248,000 bases of DNA from Hyalangium minutum (GCF_000737315.1 NZ_JMCB01000003.1:20001-268000), one strand, 5' to 3'; positions 158,808-170,113 are shown, numbered from the stretch's first letter. Notes: generated by a model not told the origin, from the letters alone. Numbers and translations: made by a program.

Positions 158808-159539
158808 ATGGAGCGCACAGGAGCAGCGGCGGTCATCATCGGCAACGAGGTCCTCACCGCGAAGGTGGTGGACGCCAACGGGCCCCACCTCATCCGGAGG
158901 CTGAGGGAGACGGGCATTCCGCTGCGCTCGGTAGAGATCGTCACGGACGACGTGGATGCCATCGTCGACGCGGTGGTGCGGGCTCGTTCCCGGGCGGAGT
159001 ACGTCTTCACCAGCGGAGGCATTGGTCCCACGCATGATGACGTCACGGTGCGCGCGGTGGCGCTGGCGATGGGGCGCGAAGTGGTGCGGTTGCCGGAGAT
159101 GGTGGAGCTCATCCGCAACCGATACGATTCTGTGACCGGCGAGGCCATGCGTCTGGCGGACGCGCCTGAAGGCACAGTGCTGCTTCATCAAGAGGGTAGC
159201 TGGTTCCCCGTACTGACGGTGGACAAGGTTTTCCTGCTACCGGGGGTGCCGCAGCTCTTCCGGCTCCAGTTGGAGACGGTGCTGAAGCAACTTCAAGGGA
159301 CTCCGGTGTTCCTGCGCTGCCTCTACCTGCGGCTGGGCGAGAGCACCATCGCCGCGGTACTAGACCGGGTGGCGCTAGACATGCCGCACGTTGCCATCGG
159401 CTCCTACCCGGTGTTTGACGCGGAGCTGGACTACCGGGTCAAGGTGACGATCGAAGCCGCCGAGCTGGCGCAGGTGGAGGAGGCGCTGGCTCGCATCCGA
159501 GTCGGGCTGCCTGCGGACGCGGTGGTGAGAGCGGAGTAA
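158808..159539 (+). CDS. CinA N-terminal / molybdopterin-binding protein
   Basis: IGNEVL, TSGGIGPTHDDVT, LPGVP. Confidence 0.88.
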   Translation: MERTGAAAVIIGNEVLTAKVVDANGPHLIRRLRETGIPLRSVEIVTDDVDAIVDAVVRARSRAEYVFTSGGIGPTHDDVTVRAVALAMGREVVRLPEMVELIRNRYDSVTGEAMRLADAPEGTVLLHQEGSWFPVLTVDKVFLLPGVPQLFRLQLETVLKQLQGTPVFLRCLYLRLGESTIAAVLDRVALDMPHVAIGSYPVFDAELDYRVKVTIEAAELAQVEEALARIRVGLPADAVVRAE

Positions 159540-159552
159540 GCAACACAGTCTT

Positions 159553-161235
159553 CTACCGGCGTTTCTTGAGCCAGCGGGTCACGCTGACCTTCCGGAACCG
159601 GCTGCCGAACAGGTACCAGGTGAACGCGCCCCCTGCGAGCGCTGCTGCGAGGGCAATGGCCACGATGCCCAACACCGGCACACCGTCGTACATCCACGGC
159701 TTCGGCGCGAACGCAATGAATGTGCCCACAATGAACCCGCAGGCGCACAAGCCCAGGAACGCGATGATGGCCAGCGTCCGCAGGTTCTCGTTCAGCTTGT
159801 CGAACTGATCCTCGCGCAGCGTCACCGTGAACTTCCCGGCCTCCAGATCCAGCAGGATCTGCGAGAGCTGCGTCGGCAGGTCCGTGGCCAGCGACTGGAA
159901 CCGCAGCAGCGTCTTCATCAAGCCGCCCTGTAGCTGGCTCGGATCGTACCGCCCCGCCAGAAGTTCCTTCGCGTACGGCAGCACCACCTCGAGGATGTTC
160001 ATCTCAGGGTACAGGCTCCGGAGCATGCCCTCCGTCGACACCGACGCCCGGCTCAGCAGCGCGTACTCCTTCGGAATCCGGATCTTGTACTTCACCGCCA
160101 GGTCCAGCAGGTCTCTCAGCAGCGTCCGCGCGTCCACCTGTCCCAGCGTCGTCGGCAGGTGCTGACCCAGGATGCCCTCGATGTCGTTGCGGAACCCCAC
160201 GAGGTTCGCTCGCGAGTCCGGCACCCCCATCCGGTACAGGATGCGCGCCACCGAGTCGCTGTCCTTCAGCGCCACCGCCAGGCACAGCATCACCAGCGTC
160301 TCCTGCATCGGCTTCGTCAGCCGTCCCACCACCCCGAAGTCCAGCAGCGCCAGCCGGTTCCCCTCCAGCAGCAGGAGATTTCCCGGGTGCGGATCCCCAT
160401 GGAAGAGGCCGTCGTCGAACAGCTGCCGGAAGCTCGCCTCGATGATGTGCTTCGCGAGTTCTTTCCGTTCGTCCTCGGACAGCTTCGCCTGGCTGATCTT
160501 CACCCCGCGGATGAACTCCAGCGTCAGCACCTTCCGGCTCGACAGCTCGTCGTACACCCGGGGGATCTTCAGGTACGGCCGGTCCTCGTGGTTCGCCAGG
160601 AACGCCCGGATGTTCGAGGCCTCGTTCACGAAGTCCAGTTCCTCGTGAATCGCCTTGTCGAACTCGTCCACGATGCCCGTCGGCGTGTAGACGCCTGTCT
160701 CCTCGATGACCGCCTCCAGCAGGCGCGCCAGCGAGCGCAGCACCGTGAGATCCGAGTCGATCCGCTGCGAGATCCCCGGCCGCTGTACCTTCACCACCAC
160801 CTCGTCCCCCGACAGCGTCACGGCTCGATGCACCTGGGCGATCGAGGCCGCCGCCAGCGGGACGGGATCGATCGTCGCGAACAGGTCCTGCACCTCCTTG
160901 CCCAGGGACTCGCGGATCTGCTCGTGCACCTGCTCCAGCGGGATGGGCTCCACTTGATCCTGCAGCAGGGACAGCTCATCCACGAACTCGGCCGGCAGCA
161001 GGTCTCCGCGCGTGGACAGGATCTGCCCCAACTTCACGAACGTGGGGCCCAGATCGTTGAGCATCATCCGGAAGCGCCGCGCCGTCGACGCTCGCTGCGT
161101 TTCCGGCGACACCTCCACCTTCTCCCGGCGGCCCAGCATGCGCCACAGCCCGGCACGCTCTGCCACATCGGCGAAGCCAAACCGCGCCGCGATGACGGCG
161201 ATCTGACGGACTCGATTGAGGTCCTGGAGGATCAC
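159553..161235 (-). CDS. ABC1/UbiB family atypical kinase
   Basis: LGPTFVKLGQ, AASIAQVH, HGDPHPGN, DFG. Confidence 0.92.
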   Translation of the reverse strand: MILQDLNRVRQIAVIAARFGFADVAERAGLWRMLGRREKVEVSPETQRASTARRFRMMLNDLGPTFVKLGQILSTRGDLLPAEFVDELSLLQDQVEPIPLEQVHEQIRESLGKEVQDLFATIDPVPLAAASIAQVHRAVTLSGDEVVVKVQRPGISQRIDSDLTVLRSLARLLEAVIEETGVYTPTGIVDEFDKAIHEELDFVNEASNIRAFLANHEDRPYLKIPRVYDELSSRKVLTLEFIRGVKISQAKLSEDERKELAKHIIEASFRQLFDDGLFHGDPHPGNLLLLEGNRLALLDFGVVGRLTKPMQETLVMLCLAVALKDSDSVARILYRMGVPDSRANLVGFRNDIEGILGQHLPTTLGQVDARTLLRDLLDLAVKYKIRIPKEYALLSRASVSTEGMLRSLYPEMNILEVVLPYAKELLAGRYDPSQLQGGLMKTLLRFQSLATDLPTQLSQILLDLEAGKFTVTLREDQFDKLNENLRTLAIIAFLGLCACGFIVGTFIAFAPKPWMYDGVPVLGIVAIALAAALAGGAFTWYLFGSRFRKVSVTRWLKKRR

Positions 161236-161548
161236 GCGCCGTGCACCTTCCCACGGGCTCGCAGCGCCCGCAAACGGTCAGATTCACACAGGGCAGGCGA
161301 GTGCGCGGAATTGCTCAACGGCTACCGGTTCACAGCGGGCTCCAGGTACGGGGCACCCCAGTCTGGGCTCACAGGTCGCGGGCCCCTCGGCTCGGCGCGG
161401 GTCCCCCCGTCAGCGGACGGGTCCTCCCGCGCCGGCCGTCCCGCTCTCCCTCGGTCCACGGGATGTGGGCACACCGTTGTTCCGGAGTGGCCGCGTTCCT
161501 ACCATGGCCCCCTGGGCTCCCGGCTGTACGGAAGGACGGCACGCAACG

Positions 161549-162214
161549 ATGCGGTGGCTCTCGTGGCTCACTCAGCACCAGCTCGGACGGCTCGTCTCCG
161601 CCGTTGCCATCATTTTTGCCAGCATCCGCTGCTACGCCTGGCTCAACCGCCTCCTGCCGCCTCGCTTCGACTTCACCACACCCCTCGACACCGCCATCCC
161701 GTTCCTGCCCTGGACCTATCACCTGTACTGGAGCTTCTTCCTGCTCCTCCTCGTCGCGGCCTGGCAGCTTCGCTCCGATGAGTACGCCCGGAGTCTGCGG
161801 GCTGTCCTCTGGGTCGTCCTCGTCTGCTTCTCCGGCTTCGTTCTCTTCTCTGCCCACTACCCACGCCCAGACGTCGACACCATCGCCTCCCCGTTCTGGC
161901 GCGAGGAGTTCCGGTGGATGTGGGGCCATGACAAGCCCGGCAACACCTTCCCCAGCCTTCATGTGGCCATCACCGTCCTCGGCACCCGCATCCTCTGGCG
162001 CCGCAGGAGGAGCCTCCTCTGGATCCTGTGGGCCACGATCATCTGCCTCTCCACTCTGACCGTGAAGCAGCACTTCATCGTGGATGTCCTCGGCGGGGCC
162101 CTGGTGGGCCTCGCCGTCCATACGCGGGTGTTCCGAGAGAAGGCTTCGTCACCCGATCAGGCTGGCGAGGGCGCCGCCACCTTCGGCGCAGGGCCGAAGC
162201 GCAGCAGCAGGTAG
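161549..162214 (+). CDS. PAP2-family membrane phosphoesterase/transferase
   Basis: NTFPSLHV, KQHFIVD. Confidence 0.8.
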   Translation: MRWLSWLTQHQLGRLVSAVAIIFASIRCYAWLNRLLPPRFDFTTPLDTAIPFLPWTYHLYWSFFLLLLVAAWQLRSDEYARSLRAVLWVVLVCFSGFVLFSAHYPRPDVDTIASPFWREEFRWMWGHDKPGNTFPSLHVAITVLGTRILWRRRRSLLWILWATIICLSTLTVKQHFIVDVLGGALVGLAVHTRVFREKASSPDQAGEGAATFGAGPKRSSR

Positions 162215-163497
162215 CCCACCACCGCCGACAGCAACGAGCCCAGCAGGATTCCCAGCTTGGCCTCGGCCAGCAGGTTCGGATCGCTCGGGAACGCCAGTGT
162301 CGCCACGAAGAGCGCCACCGTGAACCCAATGCCCGCCACCACCGCCACCCCGTGCAGCTGTGAAACCCTCGACCCTCCAGGGAGCGGTGACACCCCCACC
162401 TTCACCGCCACGTAGGTGAACAGGAAGATCCCGACCTGCTTGCCCACGAACAGCCCCACGATGATTCCCAATGGCAGCGGCTTGGCCAGGTCCGCCAGCG
162501 ACATGCCCTCCAGCGAAATCCCCGAGTTCGCCAGCGCGAACAGCGGCACGATCCCGTATGCCACGTATCCGTGCCACAGGTGCACGAAGCGGTTCAGTGG
162601 CGGCTCGATGTCCTCCAACTGCTCCTCGATGTAGAGCAACTGCGCGCTGCGCACCGCCTCGTCCTCGGGCTCCTCCACGCACCGGGTGATGTAGGAGGAC
162701 AGCTCGGTGAGGACCTCCCGCCCCCGGCGTACCGGTACCGCCGGGATGAACATCCCCAGCATCACCCCCGACAGCGTCGCGTGGATCCCTCCGTGGTGCA
162801 TCGCGTACCAGAGCACTCCGCCAAGCAGCAGGTACACCATGCCGTTGCGCACGTAGAACCGGTTGCACACCGCCAGCACCACCGCCACGCCCCCCGCCGC
162901 CATCAGCCACTCCCCGTGGAGCCCTGTCCCGTAGAAGAGCGCGATCACGATGATGCCGCCGATGTCGTCGAAGATCGCCAACGCCGTCAGGAACACCACC
163001 AGCGCGTGTGACACCCGCGCCCGCACCAGCGTCAGGCACCCAATCGAGAACGCAATGTCCGTTGCCATCGGGATCGCCCAGCCTGCCGCCGCTGGCGTCC
163101 CCGCGTTGAAGATCAGGTACAGCCCCGCAGGCACCAGCATGCCCCCCAACGCCGCGATCAGCGGCAGCAGCGCCCTCGCCGGCGTGCGCAGCTCTCCGGC
163201 GGACAGCTCTCGCTTGATCTCCATCCCCACCAGGAAGAAGAACAGCGTCATCAGCCCGTCGTTGATGAACTCCCGGAACGTGAACGCCCCGCGCGACCCG
163301 GACAGCTCCAGCGCCATCGGCGCGTCGAACAGCCCCGTGTAGCTCGAAGCCCAGGGCGAGTTGGCCCACACCATGGCCGCCACCGCGCACAGCGCCAGGA
163401 TGATGCCGCTGCTGGCCTCCAGCCGGAAGAAGGCCTGGAGCGGCGCGATCGCGACCTTGAAGAGGGCAGGGACAGGGGGGGGCGGGCGTGGCTCCAT
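162157..163497 (-). CDS. nhaA: Na+/H+ antiporter NhaA
   Basis: INDGLM, ATDIAF, AIFDD, GIGFTVALF. Confidence 0.93.
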   Translation of the reverse strand: MEPRPPPPVPALFKVAIAPLQAFFRLEASSGIILALCAVAAMVWANSPWASSYTGLFDAPMALELSGSRGAFTFREFINDGLMTLFFFLVGMEIKRELSAGELRTPARALLPLIAALGGMLVPAGLYLIFNAGTPAAAGWAIPMATDIAFSIGCLTLVRARVSHALVVFLTALAIFDDIGGIIVIALFYGTGLHGEWLMAAGGVAVVLAVCNRFYVRNGMVYLLLGGVLWYAMHHGGIHATLSGVMLGMFIPAVPVRRGREVLTELSSYITRCVEEPEDEAVRSAQLLYIEEQLEDIEPPLNRFVHLWHGYVAYGIVPLFALANSGISLEGMSLADLAKPLPLGIIVGLFVGKQVGIFLFTYVAVKVGVSPLPGGSRVSQLHGVAVVAGIGFTVALFVATLAFPSDPNLLAEAKLGILLGSLLSAVVGYLLLRFGPAPKVAAPSPA

Positions 163498-163659
163498 AGG
163501 GGGGGTAGGTTGCCCTCCTGCCTGCCGTGCGGAAACCGATTTCGACACCCATGAACTGACGACGTCCACCGGGGGTGTTACAGGTGCGTTTCAGGTGACG
163601 TAAGGGGTAGGACGCTCGCGCGTTGATCCTGGGCGCGGGGCGTGAGAGAAGGGGAAATC

Positions 163660-166419
163660 ATGGGTGGAACGCAGGTGAAGACAGCCAAGGGCGCCAGCGC
163701 CGAAGTCGCTCCAGAATCCAACCTGGAGGGTATGGAAGCCAAGGCCGAGCCAACGGGGGCACGGGAGATTGCCTCCCTGACCCCCATGATGCGCCAGTAT
163801 CTGGAGCTCAAGGCGCTCCACCCGGACACCATCCTCTTCTTCCGGCTCGGGGACTTCTACGAGATGTTCTTCGAGGACGCCATCCGCGCCTCGGAGTTGC
163901 TCCAGATCACCCTCACCGCGCGCGCCAAGGGCAGTGAGAAGGTGCCCATGTGCGGCGTGCCCTACCACTCGGCCCGCCGCTACATCGCCCGCCTCATCGA
164001 GCAGGGGCTCAAGGTCGCCATCTGCGAGCAGATGGAGGAGCCCGGCAATGGCCCCGGCATCGTCAAGCGCGAGGTGACGCGCATCATCACCCCCGGCATG
164101 GTGCTGGACGAGGAAGTGCTCGAGCCGCGCGCCAGCAACTTCCTGGCTGCCGTGCACTGGGCCGAGCGGGGCTTCGGCGCCGCCCTGCTCGAGGCCTCGA
164201 CCGGCGAGTTCTTCTCCGTGGAGGTGGCCACCGCCCAGGAGCTGGTGGAAGCCCTGTCTCGCGTGGACCCTCGCGAGCTGCTCGTGCCCGAGGGGCAGCG
164301 GTCTGCGGCCGAGGTGGCCTTCCTCACCGCGCGTCTGCCTCGCACCCCTTCGGTGACAGAGCTGGACAAGGCCGCCTTCGAGGCTCCGCGTGCGGCGCTC
164401 TATCTGAAGGGCCATTTCTCGGTGGCCTCGCTGGAGGCCTTCGGGCTGGCGGATGCGCCCCTGGCCACCGGCGCGGCGGGCGCGGCCCTGCGCTACCTCA
164501 AGGACACCCAGAAGACGAACGCCGCGCACGTGGATCGGCTGAGCCGCCTGGAGCGCGCCGGGCATCTGCTCATGGACGAGTCCTCGCGCTCCAACCTGGA
164601 GGTGCTCAAGACGCTCCGGGATGGCGCTCGCAAGGGGAGCCTCCTGGGCGTGCTGGACCGCACTGCTACCAGCATGGGCGGCCGCAAGCTGGCTCGCTGG
164701 CTTGCCGCGCCCCTGTGTGCCCTGCCGGAGATCCATGCCCGTCTGGATGCCGTGGAGGAGCTGGCTCAGAAGAGCGTCTGGCGCGAGGAACTCACCACGC
164801 TCCTCAAGGAGGTCGCGGACCTGGAGCGGCTGTGCGGACGGCTCTCGCTCGGGGCCGGCAATGCTCGCGATCTGCGAGCCCTGGCCGTGTCGCTCGCGCA
164901 GCTGCCCAAGCTGTCCGCCGCGCTCGCTCGGTGCTCGGCACCGCTGCTCAAGGCCCTGGCGGGTCCGCTGAGCGCTCTGCCGGAGCTGGCAGAGCTTCTT
165001 CTGCGAGCCGTGGTGGATGAGCCGCCGGTGACGATCAAGGAGGGTGGCCTGTTCCGCCAGGGCTTCCACGCAGAGCTGGATGAGCTGGTGGCGCTGTCCA
165101 CCTCCGGCAAGGACTACCTGCTGAAGCTCGAGGCGCGGGAGCGGGAGCGGACGAAGATCTCCTCGCTCAAGGTCCGCTACAACAAGGTGTTCGGGTACTT
165201 CATCGAGGTGACGAACAGCAACAAGCACCTGGTGCCCAAGGACTACATCCGCAAGCAGACCACGGTGGGGGGCGAGCGCTTCATCACCCCCGAGCTCAAG
165301 GAGTACGAGGAGAAGGTCCTCACCGCAGAGGAGCGTCGCTGCGCGCTGGAGCTTCGCCTCTTCGAGGAGCTGCGGGCCCAGGTGGTTGCCGCCGCCCCGC
165401 GTATCCGCTCGGCCGCCGAGGCCGTGGCCACCAGCGATGCGCTCCTGTCCTTTGCGCGCTGCTCCGCGGAGTACGGCTACATCCGGCCCGTGGTGGATGA
165501 CTCGGACGTGTTCTCCATCACCGCCGGGCGCCATCCCGTGGTCGAGCGCGTGCTGAGCGCGGGCGAGTCCTTCGTCCCCAATGACGTGCAGATGAGCTCG
165601 GGCGAGGCGCAGATCCTCGTCATCACCGGTCCGAACATGGCCGGTAAGAGCACGGTGATGCGGCAGGTGGCGCTCACGGTGCTCATGGCCCAGGCGGGTT
165701 GCTTCGTCCCGGCCAAGGCGGCGCACATTGGCCTATGCGATCGGATCTTCACCCGCGTGGGCGCCGCGGACAATCTGGCGCGCGGACAGTCCACGTTCAT
165801 GGTGGAGATGACGGAGACGAGCCACATCCTTCACCACGCCACGCGCAAGAGCATCGTGATCCTGGACGAGATCGGCCGTGGCACCTCCACGTTCGATGGG
165901 CTCTCCATTGCCTGGGCAGTGGCTGAGCACATCCACGACAAGCTCGGCGCGCGCACGCTGTTCGCCACGCACTACCACGAGCTGGTGGACCTGGCCCGAG
166001 AGAAGCCTCGGGTGAAGAACCTGTGCATCGCGGTCAAGGAGCACGGTGGCAAGGTGCTCTTCCTGCGCAAGCTGGTGCCCGGCGGTGCGAACCGTTCCTA
166101 CGGCATCGAGGTGGCCAAGCTGGCCGGCTTGCCCCAGGAGGTGGTGGCCCGCGCTCGGGACATCCTCCAGAACCTGGAGTCCGGGGAGCTGGATGAGGCA
166201 GGGCGTCCTCGCGCTGCGGTCCGCCGGGGTTCCCGCGTGGCGGCTGGGCAGCTCGGGCTCTTCGGGGGAGAGGCGAGTGGGGGAGCAACGCCGGAGGTTC
166301 CCGCTGTACCCCCCGCGCAGCAGAAGGTGCTGGATGCGCTGCGCAACACCTCGCTGGACACCACCACGCCGCTGGAGGCCCTCAACCTCCTGGCACGGCT
166401 CCAGAAGGAGTTGAAGTAA
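163660..166419 (+). CDS. mutS: DNA mismatch repair protein MutS
   Basis: TPMMRQY, GDFYE, GPNMAGKST, DEIGRGTST. Confidence 0.97.
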   Translation: MGGTQVKTAKGASAEVAPESNLEGMEAKAEPTGAREIASLTPMMRQYLELKALHPDTILFFRLGDFYEMFFEDAIRASELLQITLTARAKGSEKVPMCGVPYHSARRYIARLIEQGLKVAICEQMEEPGNGPGIVKREVTRIITPGMVLDEEVLEPRASNFLAAVHWAERGFGAALLEASTGEFFSVEVATAQELVEALSRVDPRELLVPEGQRSAAEVAFLTARLPRTPSVTELDKAAFEAPRAALYLKGHFSVASLEAFGLADAPLATGAAGAALRYLKDTQKTNAAHVDRLSRLERAGHLLMDESSRSNLEVLKTLRDGARKGSLLGVLDRTATSMGGRKLARWLAAPLCALPEIHARLDAVEELAQKSVWREELTTLLKEVADLERLCGRLSLGAGNARDLRALAVSLAQLPKLSAALARCSAPLLKALAGPLSALPELAELLLRAVVDEPPVTIKEGGLFRQGFHAELDELVALSTSGKDYLLKLEARERERTKISSLKVRYNKVFGYFIEVTNSNKHLVPKDYIRKQTTVGGERFITPELKEYEEKVLTAEERRCALELRLFEELRAQVVAAAPRIRSAAEAVATSDALLSFARCSAEYGYIRPVVDDSDVFSITAGRHPVVERVLSAGESFVPNDVQMSSGEAQILVITGPNMAGKSTVMRQVALTVLMAQAGCFVPAKAAHIGLCDRIFTRVGAADNLARGQSTFMVEMTETSHILHHATRKSIVILDEIGRGTSTFDGLSIAWAVAEHIHDKLGARTLFATHYHELVDLAREKPRVKNLCIAVKEHGGKVLFLRKLVPGGANRSYGIEVAKLAGLPQEVVARARDILQNLESGELDEAGRPRAAVRRGSRVAAGQLGLFGGEASGGATPEVPAVPPAQQKVLDALRNTSLDTTTPLEALNLLARLQKELK

Positions 166420-166446
166420 AAGGGGGCGAGCCAAGGAGGCCGCCTC

Positions 166447-167211
166447 GTGCAGTTCGCCATTCCTCACGCGCCCCGGCGTGTCCGCTTTTCCCAGGTGCCC
166501 GGCGCCGTGGGAAGGCTGGTGCGCACTGTCATCCTTGGGCTCCTGTTCATGGCCGTTGTCGGCGCGGGGGCTGCCTTCGCTGGGCGCTTCTTCATCAAGG
166601 AGCGCGACTTCTTCGCTCGGGCCGAGGAGGTGGAGGGGTTCGTCGCGAGCAGCAAGCTGCCGCCCCCGGAGAAGCGTGTCGACGCTGAAGCCACCCTGGA
166701 GGTGCTCTACAGCGTCGACGAGCGGCAATACACCGTGAACGGCGTGCGCACCGCCGCTGAGTACGCCGAGGGGCTCGGCCGGGGCGCACAGGTGAAGCTG
166801 CTCGTGGACCCGAGCCAGCCGGACAAGCCCCGCGAGGCTCAGTTCGCTCGTGCACAGTCCGGTGCCATCAACCTGCTCCCGTGGGGGTTGGGTGTTGGGG
166901 CGCTCGGCGCCGTGGTCCTGTTCCTGCGCGAGCTGCGCCGCACCATCCGCGCCGAGCTCGAGCCCCTGCGCCGGGGTGATCTGGTCTGGCTCACGCCGGA
167001 TGGGCCTCTGCCTGAGACTCGCAGCGAGACCGTCTTCCCCGCCTCCTACTACCGCAAGGATGTGAAGCACGCCGTCCGCGCCCGCGCCCGCCCGGGCCGC
167101 GCCCCGGTGCGCAATGGAGCCAAGGTGCTCGCCGCGGTGATCCCCCGCGAGCAGGACTGGGTCCGCGTCATCGACGAGGATCTGGCCCGTACCCTCGGCT
167201 GGATTCGTTGA
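166447..167211 (+). CDS. DUF3592-like membrane protein
   Basis: Two TMs flanking an OB-like domain. Confidence 0.65.
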   Translation: MQFAIPHAPRRVRFSQVPGAVGRLVRTVILGLLFMAVVGAGAAFAGRFFIKERDFFARAEEVEGFVASSKLPPPEKRVDAEATLEVLYSVDERQYTVNGVRTAAEYAEGLGRGAQVKLLVDPSQPDKPREAQFARAQSGAINLLPWGLGVGALGAVVLFLRELRRTIRAELEPLRRGDLVWLTPDGPLPETRSETVFPASYYRKDVKHAVRARARPGRAPVRNGAKVLAAVIPREQDWVRVIDEDLARTLGWIR

Positions 167212-167304
167212 GCCGCGAGGGCAGGGGAGAACCGAAAATTTGCGGGTGCAAGGAGCCCATGACACACATCTGTAGCTGTCGATCCCCGTGTGTCCGGAGG
167301 CTTC

Positions 167305-169002
167305 ATGCGCGCTCGCCTCGCCCTCTTCCTGCTGCTGCTGTCGAGTGTCGCCTCCGCGGCGAAGCGGGATGCGGCCGAAGAGGCCTACCAGGAGGCGCGC
167401 ACGGCCTACTACGTCCTCAAGGGAGACGCAGTGCGGCGCAAGCTGCGCCACCACTGGCTCAACGTCGCCCGCCGCTTCGAGGCCGTCGCCACCGACCACC
167501 CCAAGAGCCCTCGCGCACCAGACGCCCTCTTCACCGCCGGCGAGCTGATGAACGAGCTGAGCCGGATCTCCTTCCTCCTGGAGGATCTCCAGTCCGCCGC
167601 GGGCGACTACTCGAAGGTTGTCGAGAACCACCCGCGTCACCGCCTCGCGGATGACGCCGCGCTCTCGCTGGCCCGCATCTATCTGGATCGCCTGGACCAC
167701 CCCGATGCCGCTCGCCGCGTCATCACCGACAGCCTCGCCAACAACAGCAAGGGTGACCGGGCCCGTGAGCTGAAGGAACTGCTGGCCTCGCTGCCCACGC
167801 CCAAGACGCCGCCCCCTCCCGCTCGCAAGCCCGCCGCGCCCGCTGTTGCCGAGGCGGCTCCTGCTCCCGCTGCGCAGCCGGATGCGTCCAAGGCGGGAAC
167901 ATCGCTGGTGGATGCCATCTCCAAGCTGGCGCGTGAGTCGGGACCCACCAACGCGGCTCCTGCCCCCGAGGCTCAGGATTCCAAGGCCAGCAGCGAGGCT
168001 CCGCGCGTCGTCGTCATCACCCCGATGAAGACGGCTGAGGCGCCCGTGCCCACCGCGAAGGACTCGAAGGTGGCGGCCACGCCCGCCGCTCCGGCCAGTG
168101 CGCCCGCCCCGGTGGCGGTGACGCTGCCCTCCAAGCCGAAGACCGAGCCGGTCGCTGTCTCCGTGGTGAAGTCTGCTCCCGAGCCCACCGTGGTGCCCGT
168201 GAAGCCCGCGCCCTCCAATCCCGTCCTGGACCCGCACATCGCCGAGGCTCGGATGAAGACCGCCGCGAAGCTGTCGCGCCGCGCGGAGCTGACGCTCGTC
168301 GAGCAGCTCGGCCTCAAGGTCCGCCGCGTCATCATCGATCCCGGCCACGGGGGCCACGACACGGGCGCCATCGGGAAGAACGGGACGCGCGAGAAGGACA
168401 TCACCCTGGCCATCTCCCTGAAGCTCGCCGAGGAGCTCAAGGAGCGCGGCCTGGAGGTCATCCTCACCCGCGAGGACGATCACTACGTCCGGCTCGAGGA
168501 TCGCGCCCAGTTCGCCAATGAGTCCCGCGGCGACCTGTTCATCTCCATCCACTGCAACTCCGCCGCGAGCTCCAAGCTCCACGGCGTGGAGACGTACACG
168601 CTCAACATCTCCGCGGATCGCTACTCCATCCGGCTCGCCGCGCGCGAGAACGCCTCCACCGAGAAGGGCATCAGCGATCTCCAGTTCATCCTCGCGGACC
168701 TGGCCACCAAGGCGAACACCGGCGAGTCCACCCGCCTGGCCTCCCAGGTCCAGAAGAGCCTCGTGGGCCAGCTGTCCAAGGAGTATTCGGACATCAAGGA
168801 TCTGGGCAACAAGGAGGCGCTCTTCTACGTGCTGCTCGGCGTCAAGATGCCCGCGATCCTCGTGGAGACCGCCTTCCTGTCCCACTCCGAGGAGGAGCAG
168901 CGCCTGGGCTCCGAGGCGTACCAGGACAGCGTGGCTCAGGCGATCGCCCAGGGCGTGGAGGAGTTCCTCGGGGATCGCAACAAGCTGGCCAAGGTCGATT
169001 GA
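167305..169002 (+). CDS. TPR + N-acetylmuramoyl-L-alanine amidase (Amidase_3)
   Basis: IDPGHGG, EKDI, SIHCN, ILVET. Confidence 0.92.
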   Translation: MRARLALFLLLLSSVASAAKRDAAEEAYQEARTAYYVLKGDAVRRKLRHHWLNVARRFEAVATDHPKSPRAPDALFTAGELMNELSRISFLLEDLQSAAGDYSKVVENHPRHRLADDAALSLARIYLDRLDHPDAARRVITDSLANNSKGDRARELKELLASLPTPKTPPPPARKPAAPAVAEAAPAPAAQPDASKAGTSLVDAISKLARESGPTNAAPAPEAQDSKASSEAPRVVVITPMKTAEAPVPTAKDSKVAATPAAPASAPAPVAVTLPSKPKTEPVAVSVVKSAPEPTVVPVKPAPSNPVLDPHIAEARMKTAAKLSRRAELTLVEQLGLKVRRVIIDPGHGGHDTGAIGKNGTREKDITLAISLKLAEELKERGLEVILTREDDHYVRLEDRAQFANESRGDLFISIHCNSAASSKLHGVETYTLNISADRYSIRLAARENASTEKGISDLQFILADLATKANTGESTRLASQVQKSLVGQLSKEYSDIKDLGNKEALFYVLLGVKMPAILVETAFLSHSEEEQRLGSEAYQDSVAQAIAQGVEEFLGDRNKLAKVD

Positions 169003-169046
169003 CCGGCGAGTGAGGCCCCTCCGCCGGTCCCTCGGCCCTCGCGTCC

Positions 169047-169829
169047 TCACGAGATGGACGGCAGCCCGTCCTTGCGGTTCAGCGAGAAGTCGTGAGGCGT
169101 GGAGGGAGCCGGAGGAGGCTCGGGCAGCTGCGGCTCCGGTCGCGGCATGGGGACCGGCGCGTTGAGATCCCTGTACACGCGGCGGCCGAGGAAGGCCCCC
169201 AGCACCAGCGAGATGAACAGACCGATGCCGGACACCAGGGTCATGATCGTCCGCCCCTGGGCCAGTCCACTCCCGAACTGCACGATGAGGAACGTGCCGG
169301 GCAGAGTGCCGACCATGATTCCCGCGATGGACGGCCAGAAGCGCGCCCCCGAGGCCGCCGCCGCCGCCAGCATCATGTCCGTGGGCAGCAGCGGGTTGAT
169401 GCAGGTGAGCAGGGCAAACTGGAAGTCATGCTTGCTCGCGGCGCGGGACAGCGCCTCGTAGTGCTCGCCGGCCAGGCGCTTCATCGGCCGTACGCCCAGC
169501 TTCCGGGCAATCCCGAACACCACGGTCGACGCCAGGAAGCTCCCGATCAGCGCATAGACCGTGCCCATCAGCGTGCCGAACACCATGCCGCCTACTGCGG
169601 CGAACAGCGTGCCCGGCAAGAGCGTCAGCGGGCGGAGGGCCAGGGCAAACAGGTACGCGAACGGGGCGGCCTTGCCCATGGGCTCAATGAAGTCGCGGAG
169701 CTGGCGCTGGTCGATGACATCCGGTCCCAGCAACCTCAGCAGCAGCAACCCGCCAATGGACGCCCCCACGGGTGCCAGGACGCGCAGCCACTTCTTCACC
169801 CCGCCTTTCACGCTCCACCTCCCCGACAT
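169047..169829 (-). CDS. TVP38/TMEM64 (DedA superfamily) protein
   Basis: LLPGTLF..GG..FG motif, multiple TMs. Confidence 0.85.
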   Translation of the reverse strand: MSGRWSVKGGVKKWLRVLAPVGASIGGLLLLRLLGPDVIDQRQLRDFIEPMGKAAPFAYLFALALRPLTLLPGTLFAAVGGMVFGTLMGTVYALIGSFLASTVVFGIARKLGVRPMKRLAGEHYEALSRAASKHDFQFALLTCINPLLPTDMMLAAAAASGARFWPSIAGIMVGTLPGTFLIVQFGSGLAQGRTIMTLVSGIGLFISLVLGAFLGRRVYRDLNAPVPMPRPEPQLPEPPPAPSTPHDFSLNRKDGLPSIS

Positions 169830-170113
169830 GGACCGACACAAGTGCCCGCCAGAAGGTGCTCCTTGTTAGGGAAGAAGCAATAGAGGCCCGGATGTTCTCA
169901 ACACAGAAGCATCCTGCCGGGCAGGCATCAGCTCGGCCAGGACGCCTAGCAAGCCTGACAACCTCTCGTAATCATTGGGATTTGAGTGCGGTTTGTCGGG
170001 TGGTGACGGCTGGCGGTGTACGGAGCTTGCTTGCATCGGGGCGCTTCCGTCCCAAGGTTTCAGGCAAGGGGCACCGTGCGAGGCGTCGGGCAGTAACGAG
170101 AGGAGATGGCGAT